From positions 1 through 64,000 of IMG/VR virus record IMGVR_UViG_3300036766_000988: 64,000 nt of DNA. One strand, given 5' to 3'. The notes under the pieces were generated by a model. That model did not search any database, was not told the DNA's origin, and saw nothing but the letters and a program-made list of their open reading frames with translations. Positions 21,174-30,343 of the stretch are shown here, one piece after another. Made by a program: the position numbers and the translations under genes. How positions within the stretch are numbered: position 1 is the first letter of the stretch; each line of letters starts with the position of its first letter.

Positions 21174-21509
21174 ATGCGACTGACAATCCTCGTCCTCTTC
21201 GCCCTCACGCTCCTCATCGGATGTCCGCAGCAGGCGACCTCGCCGACGTTTGTGCAGGTCCCCGATACGGAAGTCTGCCCCACCATGTGCGCGCACTTCC
21301 GCGAACTGAAGTGCCCCGAGGGGGATGACTACTACGACAACGACAAGCCCGGCCCCAAGGGCGTGCCGAACGCCAAGTGCGAAGAGTTCTGCCAGCGGCA
21401 GCAGACCAACGGGGTCTATGAGAACCCCAGGTGCCTCTCGAAAGTCCCGTCCTGTGCCCTCATCGAAGATTGGCGCAAGAAGGACTGTTCGGTGGATGGG
21501 GGCCCCTGA
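21174..21509 (+). CDS. Cys-rich lipoprotein
   Basis: MRLTILVLFALTLLIG-C lipobox followed by multiple further Cys. Confidence 0.7.
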   Translation: MRLTILVLFALTLLIGCPQQATSPTFVQVPDTEVCPTMCAHFRELKCPEGDDYYDNDKPGPKGVPNAKCEEFCQRQQTNGVYENPRCLSKVPSCALIEDWRKKDCSVDGGP

Positions 21510-21934
21510 TGCCTGTCTGTGCCGAGAACGTCGTCCGACGATTCCTCGCGAAGCAGGTGACGTACGTAGGGGTTTTGCTCAACCGAGCAAGCCAACAAAA
21601 ACTCATTCACTGGTGGAACAAGTACGTGAAGATCCCGCTACACCCAGAGATCTTCGCCCATCACATGACCATCAAGTTCATGCCCACCCCAGAAGAAGTC
21701 CAAGCGTTTCCCATTGGGGAGCGAAGAAACCTCAAGGTCATCGGATGGGCGGCTGACGACAAGGGTCAGGCGGTCTTGGTTGTCCCTCAAGGGATCGAGA
21801 GCGACTACACACGTCCCCACATCACGATGGCCTGCGCCCCAGGGACAGGAGCCGTCTACTCGAACGAGCTGCTCGCCCAGGGGGTACATCGTGTGAACGG
21901 CCCCATGCTCACCGGCACCATCGACACCCGCTAG
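21509..21934 (+). CDS. 2H phosphoesterase (tRNA-ligase cyclic phosphodiesterase-like)
   Basis: Two HxT motifs (HHMTIKF, PHITMA) and C-terminal YSNELL; TGATG-coupled start. Confidence 0.8.
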   Translation: MPVCAENVVRRFLAKQVTYVGVLLNRASQQKLIHWWNKYVKIPLHPEIFAHHMTIKFMPTPEEVQAFPIGERRNLKVIGWAADDKGQAVLVVPQGIESDYTRPHITMACAPGTGAVYSNELLAQGVHRVNGPMLTGTIDTR

Positions 21935-21947
21935 GTCTAGGAACGCC

Positions 21948-24900
21948 ATGCCCCTTTCACCCGTCTGCCAAGTTCAGGTCAACGCCGGTCCCTGGGTCGC
22001 CACGACGAACGGCGTGGACGCCAGCAGCGGAGATGTGATCAGCATCCGTCTTGCGGATACCACCTCCGTCGTCGACTGGTATCTCCAATTCAACGGGACG
22101 GATGAAACCTCGACGGCACCCGCCCTCACAAGCGTCAACGGGGTCACCCACAAAGTCACCACGCCTTCGACGGTCCCGACTTTCACACTTCCGGCAGGCC
22201 TGGGAAAGGCGTTCCTTCTACAGTCCTTGGTCACGGGGATCGGCGGCCCCATCCAGACGACGTTCTCCGTCTTCATCCAAAATGCGACCGGGGATCGAGT
22301 TGGTGCTATCGGAGAAGCACGCGAGGGTGATCAAAACTTCGGGTGGATCACCAAGGTCAATCCTCTCATCCGATATGGCGCCAAGCTTCTACAAGGCGCC
22401 ACGATCCCTGCATCCCCAGGATTCGGGGACATCGGCAAAGTCCTCACGGTCACAGGCACAGGCGCCTACGGTCTTACGGCGACAGGCGGCTTCATCGCCG
22501 GGGGGGATCTGTCGGGAACCTCGATCAACCAGAGCGTCATTGGTCTAACGAACGTTGCCTCTGATCTCTTCTTCTCGAACGCCGCTTCAAGGTTCATCAG
22601 CTTTGGTATCGTAGCTCCTCCCCTGGCCACCGCAGGCAAAAGCCTCACCATCTCCCCAGAAGGAGGCGGTGCTGCAACTGCGGGCGCGGATGGGGGACCG
22701 GCGGGAAACGTCTCCCTTCAAGGCCTGACGGGCGGAGCTGCAAGTGCAACCCATCGGGCAGGCGCCGGAACATCGGTCTTCATCGACGCTGGGGATGCAG
22801 GATCAAACTCTCTAGGGGGCGGCGGAAACAGCGGTGGGGATGTCTGGATTCGAGCAGGCGCCCACACAGGGGGTCTCGCACCGATGCCGCCATGGGCGGC
22901 GCCAGCCCTTCCTCCGGGAGTAGACGGTACGATCTACATTGGTCGAGCCGATGACACCCCCGTCCAACTTGCGACGACTTTCTTCGTGGGAGTGGCAACT
23001 CACTGGGCGAATGTCAACTTCGACACGGGTGCCGATGCAACGCTTGACGTGCTCGGGACGCACAAGCTGCTGCTGGCCCCCACAGCCTCCGGGATCGATG
23101 TCGCAGCATCGGGCAAACCCACTCATGTTTTGGGTAGCCTCACAGTCGATCAGGCTTTGGTTGCGCCCACACTTCCAACAGCAATTGGGGGTGTAGACAT
23201 TGGCAAGGTACTCACCCAAACGGGAGTCGATGGCGCGATCTGGCAAACACCAATCACTGCTGGCATAACCGCCCTGACTGGGGACGTAACTGCCTCGGGT
23301 TCTGGTTCGGTGGCGGCTACTGTCGTCCAAATCCAAGGACAGACGGTCAGCTCGGGAGCGCTCACCAAGGGCCGCTTCTTGATGGCGACGAGTACAAGCA
23401 ATTGGGCTCAGACCGATCTCTCAGGCGACGTAGCGAACTCCAACGCAACAACAGGGCTCATTACTGTCACCGCTCTTCAAGGCTTCGCTGTCGACACCGG
23501 AGCCCCTGGCAACGGCAACGTCCTGACGTGGAACTCCGGCACTTCAAAGTGGACCGCAACTGCTCCTGCTGGGGGCTCCGGGATCACTCAGCTCACGGGC
23601 GACGTGACAGCAGGCCCTGGTACTGGATCGCAAGCAGCCACTGTCGTCAAGGTAAACGGCACCACTGTACCCACAACAGCAGGCGGTGACGCGACAAAGG
23701 TTCTCACCTGCACAGGAGCGGGATCGGCCACTTGGCAAACCCCTGGTGCGGGCTCGTACGCAAGTCCTTTGGCGGTGCCGGATGCCGTTCGGGTCCTGCG
23801 GCAGCTCAGCTCTACGACAAGAAATCTTCCGACAAATCTGGTCCGAGATATCGTCAGTGTTGTCCCCCAACTCGGTGCCAACAACTACCAAGAGATCGAT
23901 GCTGTAGATAGCTACGTGCTCGGGATAGATAACGGTAACCCCAACACCAATCTCAATGTTCGGATCACCGACGTGAGTACAGGGCTGTTGACCACCTACA
24001 CTCAAGGTGGTTTCGCAGCGGCCAACAACTGGCTCCATATCAAGACAGGCTCCTTCAGCACCCAACGCCTCATCTTGTGCTCAGGATTGCTAGGTCTTGC
24101 ATCGTTTGATTGGACCACTGGTTCCTACACAGCTCCTGCGACGTGGGGTATCACAGGTACCTGTTCGAACATCTGGACAGGACCCGATCTCGCGGTTGTC
24201 ATGTCAGGAGGAGTGATCTACAAGATCGCTCCGTCAGGTTGGGGGGCGCTCACATTCAGCGTCACGACAGTGCCTGGTGGGCCTTATGCCCAAACGGACT
24301 ACCTATTCTGCCAGAATGGTTTCGTGTATTTCGTGAACCGTCTCGCCGCTCCCTCAACGTTAAACGAGGTGAATCTGGCAACAGGGGCAACCCGAACGCT
24401 TCTTATCCACCTGACCGATCAATTCGCAACCACCATGATCGACTCCGACGGTCGATACATCTTCCTGGTTGGCGTTCTCTCTGGAGGTGGTGGGACGGTG
24501 GTCAACGCCATCGAGATTTCGACTCTTACTGTTGCTGTCAGCGCTGCACACGCAGTGGGGCCCTGTGTCTGGGATGGGCGCTATGTCTGGGGGGAGTCCC
24601 CCGATTTCACCGCAGGCATCCGATGGGATCCCTACTCCGGTGAGACAGTGTTGTTCCCTATCGACAACACAGCTTCCCGACAATGGGTACGTAATCCCAG
24701 CCCAACAAGTACAAGCGATTTCGGGGTCTACACCCACAACACCTTCCGCATCTACGAGCTTCAAGACCACCAGTACATCCCGATCGACACGATTCGAGTC
24801 CGCGCCCTCGCCGGGATCCCAACGACGTTCGCGACAACTCCCAACATCATCTCAAGCCAAAGCTCGTTCGTCTGTCTCAACAACAGCGGCGCAGGCTTGA

Positions 24901-25127
24901 CAGTCACCTTGCCGTTGGATCTGCGTGCGGGCCAGACGGTCATCGTCATGGACGCCAGCGGGGCTGCCGCAGCCCACAACCACACGATCTCAACCCCTGC
25001 GGGGCACAAGTTCGCTGACGGAACAACCTCAAAGACCCTCAACACCAACGGCGGGTCGATGCAGTTCTACTTCACGGGGCTCACCCTGGGGGGGTCCCTG
25101 GTTTGGGTAGTAACTTCGGTCACTTAG
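21948..25127 (+). CDS. Tail-fibre/receptor-binding-like protein (1059 aa)
   Basis: Repeats ITALTGDVTA...AATVV and DIGKVLT, Gly-rich segments, beta-propeller-like C-terminal region. Confidence 0.65.
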   Translation: MPLSPVCQVQVNAGPWVATTNGVDASSGDVISIRLADTTSVVDWYLQFNGTDETSTAPALTSVNGVTHKVTTPSTVPTFTLPAGLGKAFLLQSLVTGIGGPIQTTFSVFIQNATGDRVGAIGEAREGDQNFGWITKVNPLIRYGAKLLQGATIPASPGFGDIGKVLTVTGTGAYGLTATGGFIAGGDLSGTSINQSVIGLTNVASDLFFSNAASRFISFGIVAPPLATAGKSLTISPEGGGAATAGADGGPAGNVSLQGLTGGAASATHRAGAGTSVFIDAGDAGSNSLGGGGNSGGDVWIRAGAHTGGLAPMPPWAAPALPPGVDGTIYIGRADDTPVQLATTFFVGVATHWANVNFDTGADATLDVLGTHKLLLAPTASGIDVAASGKPTHVLGSLTVDQALVAPTLPTAIGGVDIGKVLTQTGVDGAIWQTPITAGITALTGDVTASGSGSVAATVVQIQGQTVSSGALTKGRFLMATSTSNWAQTDLSGDVANSNATTGLITVTALQGFAVDTGAPGNGNVLTWNSGTSKWTATAPAGGSGITQLTGDVTAGPGTGSQAATVVKVNGTTVPTTAGGDATKVLTCTGAGSATWQTPGAGSYASPLAVPDAVRVLRQLSSTTRNLPTNLVRDIVSVVPQLGANNYQEIDAVDSYVLGIDNGNPNTNLNVRITDVSTGLLTTYTQGGFAAANNWLHIKTGSFSTQRLILCSGLLGLASFDWTTGSYTAPATWGITGTCSNIWTGPDLAVVMSGGVIYKIAPSGWGALTFSVTTVPGGPYAQTDYLFCQNGFVYFVNRLAAPSTLNEVNLATGATRTLLIHLTDQFATTMIDSDGRYIFLVGVLSGGGGTVVNAIEISTLTVAVSAAHAVGPCVWDGRYVWGESPDFTAGIRWDPYSGETVLFPIDNTASRQWVRNPSPTSTSDFGVYTHNTFRIYELQDHQYIPIDTIRVRALAGIPTTFATTPNIISSQSSFVCLNNSGAGLTVTLPLDLRAGQTVIVMDASGAAAAHNHTISTPAGHKFADGTTSKTLNTNGGSMQFYFTGLTLGGSLVWVVTSVT

Positions 25128-25136
25128 CGATTTCCT

Positions 25137-25163
25137 GCTGATCAGGGGAGCTTTTCGGCGTAG
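25137..25163 (+). promoter_or_regulatory. Class A promoter GCTGATC-N15-CGTAG
   Basis: Matches three other copies; ATG 7 nt downstream. Confidence 0.6.
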
Positions 25164-25170
25164 TAGAGGC

Positions 25171-25326
25171 ATGGCTACTCAAGTCCTCCGCGTCGAAAAG
25201 CCCACCCCCCGCAGCGGCCTTACCTGGGCCATGCGGAAGCGCCACGGCGTCACGATCCGTCCGATGAAGGACCGCCGTCTCAAGCGGCAGAACCGCCGGT
25301 CTTGGACCCGCGAGGAACAGGCCTAG
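25171..25326 (+). CDS. Small basic hypothetical protein (51 aa)
   Basis: MATQVLRVEKPTPRSG...; below the ORF-track cutoff; directly follows the promoter motif. Confidence 0.5.
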   Translation: MATQVLRVEKPTPRSGLTWAMRKRHGVTIRPMKDRRLKRQNRRSWTREEQA

Positions 25327-25328
25327 CT

Positions 25329-25535
25329 GTGGCCCGCGATGCCGAAGCCCTCCTTCAGGAGGCCTGCCGCCGCCTCGACGCTCTCATCGACGACGAGGCG
25401 TGCTCGTTCTCGGCTGACCGTCGGGATGGCGAAACCTGCCGTGAGTCCCGCACCCGCATCCAGGGCGTCCCCTGCGCCGGATGTGCCCAGTGCGAAGGCC
25501 GAGCTTTCCTGAAGCGCGTGAAGGAGCAGTCGTGA
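25329..25535 (+). CDS. Hypothetical Cys-rich protein
   Basis: GTG start just after the upstream TAG; CAGCAQC. Confidence 0.5.
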   Translation: MARDAEALLQEACRRLDALIDDEACSFSADRRDGETCRESRTRIQGVPCAGCAQCEGRAFLKRVKEQS

Positions 25536-25831
25536 GCGTCCACTCGATGATCCTGGTCAGTAGGGAATCTCCTGACCATCTCACCCAAGAAACTTGGGGT
25601 TTCGTGCTCATCGACGAGAAGCTCGTCCTGGACACCTACACGAAGGGCGTGAAGCCCACGAAGCGGCACAAGCCCGTGCGGCAGGTGTACTACTCGCGGC
25701 TCAACAGCCGCGATGCACCGTGCCCCGAGGCCGAAGTGCCGTGGCGTGAGGACGTGAACGCCGAAGCTCTCGCGCAGCTCCTCGCCCTGTTCAAGGTCGG
25801 TCGATGGAAGGCCGACTTCGGCCGCCGGTAG
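25532..25831 (+). CDS. Hypothetical protein
   Basis: GTGA overlap with the upstream stop; protein-like composition. Confidence 0.6.
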   Translation: MSVHSMILVSRESPDHLTQETWGFVLIDEKLVLDTYTKGVKPTKRHKPVRQVYYSRLNSRDAPCPEAEVPWREDVNAEALAQLLALFKVGRWKADFGRR

Positions 25832-25833
25832 AA

Positions 25834-25860
25834 GCTGAACCCCCGCCCTTGGAGGCGTAG
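25834..25860 (+). promoter_or_regulatory. Class A promoter GCTGAAC-N15-CGTAG
   Basis: Exact consensus; ATG 25868 is 7 nt downstream. Confidence 0.7.
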
Positions 25861-25867
25861 TACCCGC

Positions 25868-26146
25868 ATGAACTTCAAACCCAACCTCGCCAACGAGTTC
25901 GCCTACGCGACCGAGTGCAACCTCGCCACCCTCTCCGGCCTGTTGCTCAAGAAGCGCAGCCCCAAAAACGAGATCGAGCGGCAGACCAACATCTGTCTGC
26001 GGATGTTGGTCTGGTGTCGATTGGAGAAGGCCGTGATCGAGTGGGGCAGCCCGGTCTACAAGAACTTCGGACGCGTCGAGAAACTCGTGGCGGAGACGGA
26101 TCTTCCCACGGCGCTCAAACTCTGGGTCTTGGAACACAAGGCATGA
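25868..26146 (+). CDS. Hypothetical protein
   Basis: ORF behind a class A promoter. Confidence 0.65.
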   Translation: MNFKPNLANEFAYATECNLATLSGLLLKKRSPKNEIERQTNICLRMLVWCRLEKAVIEWGSPVYKNFGRVEKLVAETDLPTALKLWVLEHKA

Positions 26147-26391
26147 GCCAGCCAGACTGGGAAAACCGTTTCCGCGACGCAGCCTTCGTCGCCATCTGGA
26201 GTCGCTGGCAGACCGCTCGGGCCATGTGGCGCAAAGCCTGGTGGTTCGTCGAACGCGGCCAGGGGGGCTCGGATCCTGTCTACGACCCCCAACCCGAGCT
26301 GATCCAGGACTCAGAAAAACGCGCCGAGGCCACCGAATACCAAGCTGCTCGCTCGGCGTATCTGACCGAACTGAAGCGCTACCCGGTGTAG
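26143..26391 (+). CDS. Hypothetical protein
   Basis: MSQPDWENRF...; ATGA overlap. Confidence 0.55.
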   Translation: MSQPDWENRFRDAAFVAIWSRWQTARAMWRKAWWFVERGQGGSDPVYDPQPELIQDSEKRAEATEYQAARSAYLTELKRYPV

Positions 26392-26399
26392 ATCTTGGG

Positions 26400-26648
26400 G
26401 TGACCCCCAGAGAAAAATTCCTCCTGTTCGTCGGCACCTACGCCGGAGCCGTTTGTTCGAAGACCATCGCCTCCGTGGCCATCGCATGGGCTCGGCAAGT
26501 ACAGCCCAACATCTTCGAAACCCATCCCAACGCGGAAGAGTCTCTTGCTTTCGAGTTTGTCTCGTGGCAGGCGGGAGATCGACAACGTCCGGCATGGTTC
26601 CCGATGAGCGACGGAGAACGTGCCGTCTTGGGGGCTCCTCCCCGCTGA
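26400..26648 (+). CDS. Hypothetical protein
   Basis: GTG start 8 nt after the GGTGTAG motif. Confidence 0.5.
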   Translation: MTPREKFLLFVGTYAGAVCSKTIASVAIAWARQVQPNIFETHPNAEESLAFEFVSWQAGDRQRPAWFPMSDGERAVLGAPPR

Positions 26649-26670
26649 ACGAACAAGAAAGAGAACGTAG
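26644..26670 (+). promoter_or_regulatory. Class A promoter GCTGAAC-N15-CGTAG
   Basis: Exact consensus; ATG 26679 is 8 nt downstream. Confidence 0.7.
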
Positions 26671-26678
26671 CAGCTTTC

Positions 26679-27461
26679 ATGGAACGTGTGATCTTCATCG
26701 GAGACGTCCACGGATGTCTGGCAGAGCTGGTCGAGTTACTTGACCGCCTCAACCCCGCACCGGAGGACAGTCTCATCTTCCTCGGAGACCTGATCGACCG
26801 CGGCCCCGATCCCGTGGGTGTCGTGCGGTTCGTCCGCAACCTGAGACAGACCCTCAACATGAATACACCCGGCACGACCCTGCTGGGCAACCACGAAGAA
26901 AAGGCTCTTCGGTGGCACCGGCACGAGAATCGTCGAGCCGCCGACCCCAAGTACAAGAACCCGATGAAGAGGGTTCCTGAAGCTCGGCTGGCCGAGTGGC
27001 GTGGGCTCAATGCAGACGATCTGGAGTTCCTCGGGAGCTGTCCGCCTTACCTCGATCCTCTGCCGGACTGGTACGCCGTCCACGGAGGCTTCGTGCCTGG
27101 GAAGCAGCCCGGCCTCCAGAAGGTCGGAGAGATGATCCGGTGCCGCTGGGTCGACACCGAGGGACACCATGTCGGCATGATGGAGGGCAGCCTCGACATG
27201 CCTCCGGGGGCACGCCCCTGGATGGAGGCCTTCGACGGACCGTTCAACGTGGTCTGTGGCCACGCGGTTCATTCGCTCGTCGATCCTCGCATCGACCAAA
27301 CGACTTCGGGTTTCGAGGTTTGGTCGATCGATACGGGCTGTGTCTTCGGAGGACGTCTGACCGCTCTGGTGCTGGACCCCACACACCCCGACCGACGCGA
27401 GGTCGTTCAGGTTCAAGCCCGTCAGAAGTACGCCGAGCTTCGAGGGGGCGGCGTCGAATGA
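26679..27461 (+). CDS. Calcineurin-like metallophosphoesterase (PrpA/ApaH/Pnkp-phosphatase family)
   Basis: GDVHG, GDLIDRGP, GNHE, VHGG, GH and IDTGCVFGGRLTA motifs. Confidence 0.92.
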   Translation: MERVIFIGDVHGCLAELVELLDRLNPAPEDSLIFLGDLIDRGPDPVGVVRFVRNLRQTLNMNTPGTTLLGNHEEKALRWHRHENRRAADPKYKNPMKRVPEARLAEWRGLNADDLEFLGSCPPYLDPLPDWYAVHGGFVPGKQPGLQKVGEMIRCRWVDTEGHHVGMMEGSLDMPPGARPWMEAFDGPFNVVCGHAVHSLVDPRIDQTTSGFEVWSIDTGCVFGGRLTALVLDPTHPDRREVVQVQARQKYAELRGGGVE

Positions 27462-27462
27462 C

Positions 27463-27489
27463 GCTGAACCCTCGAAGCTCCTAGCGTAG
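27463..27489 (+). promoter_or_regulatory. Class A promoter GCTGAAC-N15-CGTAG
   Basis: Exact consensus; ATG 27497 is 7 nt downstream. Confidence 0.7.
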
Positions 27490-27496
27490 CACCAAC

Positions 27497-27697
27497 ATGG
27501 AAAACTCTTCCGATATCATCGCTCAGCTCATGGCTGCCGAGGTCGCGTTCCTCATGGCCTTCGGCTGGACTCCCGTGGCGCTTCCCACCGGAAACGGATC
27601 GTACCATGCCCAGTTCAAGTGCCCCAAAACCGGCGACCTGATGGATCGGTGGGCGGCCGTGGCACGGCAGAAGCTCGCATGCGATTTCCCGGCGTAG
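27497..27697 (+). CDS. Hypothetical protein
   Basis: ORF behind a class A promoter. Confidence 0.55.
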   Translation: MENSSDIIAQLMAAEVAFLMAFGWTPVALPTGNGSYHAQFKCPKTGDLMDRWAAVARQKLACDFPA

Positions 27698-27733
27698 CTG
27701 TCAGAACCCGCCGCCCTCGGGCGTCTCAAGAAC

Positions 27734-28315
27734 ATGACCATGAAAACCCAGATCAAACTCGCCGTCTCCGACATCGTGTCCGCGTTCGAGCCCGCTGCGG
27801 TTGGCTCTCGCGTGACCGACAGCCCGTCGTTCTACCGCGTCGCCGAAGAGGCCATCGCGAAGTACGACTTCACCCAGGGAAAGGTGCCCGGTCAGGGCTA
27901 TGTGCTCTGCCCCGAGGCCGTTCCCTTCGTCTCGGCTGGCGTGGGGCTCAAGTCTTCGAACCCCGATCACTACGTCTGCCGGGAGCACCGAGGAGTCGTA
28001 TCGGCCTACCTCAAGCGGGAATTCGCCGCCAAGGTTACCGGCTGCGCGCTCGTGGTCTACACGCGGAAGGCCTACTTTCAGGATCCCGACGTGACCCCGG
28101 CCGAAGCTGCACGGATCGACTCCCAAGACCCCACCCATGTCCTGGTGGCCGTCTTGGCGTCCGCGGGCCCCGAGAGCCCGCTCTCGCCCTACCGGCTCGT
28201 CTGGAACCTCGCTGGGGGCAACAAGGAAGCCCTCGTTTGGACTGCGGACGAAATCCGCGCCAAGGCCAAGACCGTCATCGACTACAACGGATCTTGGAGT
28301 GCCGTCGCTGACTGA
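27734..28315 (+). CDS. Conserved hypothetical protein (possibly DUF3228-like)
   Basis: ALVVYTRKAY...VAVLASAGPESPLSPYRLVWNLAGG pattern recalled from the family. Confidence 0.5.
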   Translation: MTMKTQIKLAVSDIVSAFEPAAVGSRVTDSPSFYRVAEEAIAKYDFTQGKVPGQGYVLCPEAVPFVSAGVGLKSSNPDHYVCREHRGVVSAYLKREFAAKVTGCALVVYTRKAYFQDPDVTPAEAARIDSQDPTHVLVAVLASAGPESPLSPYRLVWNLAGGNKEALVWTADEIRAKAKTVIDYNGSWSAVAD

Positions 28316-28794
28316 GGCTGGAGACGGCTCAACAACTTGTCGAACATGGGGTTCGTGAGCGCTCCTCGACGAGCATGTTGTACGAGCCGCACAGCATGCT
28401 CGCCTGAACACCCAAGATGCAAGTAGAGCGCAAGGGCTGACACGAGCCCGCTTCGATTGCGTCCTTGCCAACAGGTAACGAGCGTCTTGCGCCCAGCTTT
28501 GAGGTTTGCAGCCACTTCACGCGCTGCCCTCAAAGCCAAGGCGAGGTCTTCTCGTTCGGGTAAGAAACTCCCGTTGTCATCGTTGGGAGCGTAGATGACC
28601 TGAACACCAGGGTACGGATTCGGCTCTCGAAGCCCAATCAACATCTCCATTCCATCGGGGAAAACACGCGGAGGCTGAAACTCACGTGCGCAAAGCACGA
28701 GCGTGTGAAACCCCGCGTTCGTCAGAGCGTGTCCTGGTGGAGGCCAGCCGCCTTGATAAAGCCCGGGATGGATAAGAGTCGCGTCGAAGGTCAA
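28282..28794 (-). CDS. Dual-specificity/tyrosine phosphatase
   Basis: CX5R motif LVTCWQGRNRSG; GLYQG; LTNPMF. Confidence 0.88.
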   Translation of the reverse strand: MTFDATLIHPGLYQGGWPPPGHALTNAGFHTLVLCAREFQPPRVFPDGMEMLIGLREPNPYPGVQVIYAPNDDNGSFLPEREDLALALRAAREVAANLKAGRKTLVTCWQGRNRSGLVSALALYLHLGCSGEHAVRLVQHARRGALTNPMFDKLLSRLQPQSATALQDPL

Positions 28795-28997
28795 CCGTTC
28801 GCCTTACGCACCATCGGCACGCTCATCTCACTTGGAAATGGAGAGAGCCGGATCACCCGCAATTTGCCTTTCGAGCGGCTCTTTGCATCGGGATCGTTCA
28901 ACACGGCTGCGTAGAGCGTCCGTGCAAGTTTCGCTGTCTCCGTGGTGGCCGCAGCCAGCGCCCGAATCGAGTCTTGCTCTTCACTCGAAATGCACAT
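28791..28997 (-). CDS. Hypothetical protein
   Basis: MCISSEEQDSIRAL...; fills the gap between neighbouring genes. Confidence 0.45.
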   Translation of the reverse strand: MCISSEEQDSIRALAAATTETAKLARTLYAAVLNDPDAKSRSKGKLRVIRLSPFPSEMSVPMVRKANG

Positions 28998-29010
28998 CGT
29001 CACTGGCCTC

Positions 29011-29613
29011 CTAGCGTCCCCCAGGCAGTTTGGGCTTGTCCGTGTCGATGTAGCCCAACGCGGACAGTACCCCTCGAAGCAAGCCATTGGCCGTCGCGAG
29101 CTGCTCTCGAATTTTGAGCATCTCCTCGGCACGCTGTTGGGAGTCCTTGACGTACTCGTCGCGCGAGACCACCCGTCCGTGACTCTGACCTGGAAGCTGG
29201 GTTTCGACTTCGTGTTCGATGCGCTCGATCTTCGCCTCGATGTCGTCCTCGACCCGCTTGAGGCGATCCCGGAACTCTTTCATGTTCCGATCCATGCGAT
29301 CCTCGAACTGGATCTGACCGGAAAGGTCGTTCGACGAACTCATCCGAGTTCGTGCAAGAAGACGCTTCGCCCAGTCCGGTGGATCGTCTTCCCAAGAATC
29401 CACCTCGCGACGGAGCTTCTTGGTGGTGTCCTCGACGAGCGAAAGTGCGAGATAGATCCCTGTCTTGGGATCCACCGTTCCCACCTTCTCTTCGAGCAAA
29501 GCCAGACGTTTCTTGGTGTCCTTGACGACCGTTAGAAACGTCGTAACTGCTGAGGTGCCCCCCGTCAGCAAACCGCCGACTACGCTCTCGATCACATGTG
29601 TCAGGTCGGCCAT
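29011..29613 (-). CDS. Coiled-coil protein with a hydrophobic N-terminus
   Basis: VVGGLLTGGTSAVTTFLTVV followed by heptad-rich helices. Confidence 0.6.
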   Translation of the reverse strand: MADLTHVIESVVGGLLTGGTSAVTTFLTVVKDTKKRLALLEEKVGTVDPKTGIYLALSLVEDTTKKLRREVDSWEDDPPDWAKRLLARTRMSSSNDLSGQIQFEDRMDRNMKEFRDRLKRVEDDIEAKIERIEHEVETQLPGQSHGRVVSRDEYVKDSQQRAEEMLKIREQLATANGLLRGVLSALGYIDTDKPKLPGGR

Positions 29614-29672
29614 CGTTTACCCTCGTTAAGGGAGTTCCATAAGTATGTGATTCAACTAGGAAGAGCGTCACT

Positions 29673-30212
29673 TCACGCACCTCCCTTCGAATCGAAGCAC
29701 ACGACACAGCGTGGCTCGTACGTTTCGGATCCCCCGACGAGAATGGCAGCGTCAGATCGAATCAAACGATGAGAACGGGTGCTGGGACCTCCACATTTCG
29801 AGCACCGACCCGAAAGCTTCACGACTTCATTCGCGAAAGCCATCAAGACAGGCATGGGCCCGAAAGGACGACCGAAACAATCCAGGTCGAGCCCTGCAAC
29901 GATAACCCGCACTCCAGCGCGAACCGCGTCGAGAAGGCGCGGAACAGCATCCGACGAAAGGAACTGGGCCTCATCGATGGCGATGATCTCGGCGCCCAAG
30001 GGTAGGTCAGGAGCATCAGGAGCGAGACACTTCGCCTCGATCTTCAACCCATCATGCGAGTGGATGAACTCATCCGCATGCCGGGTATCCGTCACCGGCT
30101 TGAAGGCAACAGTGCGGGAAAGGTCCCTGGCAAGCCGAACGCGGTAGATGAGCGTCTCGGTCTTGCCGCTGAACATCGGCCCGGCGATCACTTCGAGACG
30201 TCCTGCGTTCAT
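29673..30212 (-). CDS. tdk: Thymidine kinase
   Basis: GPMFSGKT, IDEAQF, AGLDLD, CSKC...YEPRCVVC. Confidence 0.95.
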   Translation of the reverse strand: MNAGRLEVIAGPMFSGKTETLIYRVRLARDLSRTVAFKPVTDTRHADEFIHSHDGLKIEAKCLAPDAPDLPLGAEIIAIDEAQFLSSDAVPRLLDAVRAGVRVIVAGLDLDCFGRPFGPMPVLMAFANEVVKLSGRCSKCGGPSTRSHRLIRSDAAILVGGSETYEPRCVVCFDSKGGA

Positions 30213-30343
30213 CTCAGTTGTCCCTGCGCACAAGTAGATCTGGGACTATTTGGAAGAAGCCTCGACGATCCGGGGCCAGAGAGCTTCTCGTAGGTCTGCC
30301 CACCTGCACGGATGCTGAGCAGCCCCTAGGCACCCTTTGGGTG

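Noticed and set aside
10172-25127. Diversity-generating retroelement or invertible fibre cassette
   Set aside because: No reverse transcriptase, recombinase or near-identical TR/VR DNA repeats seen
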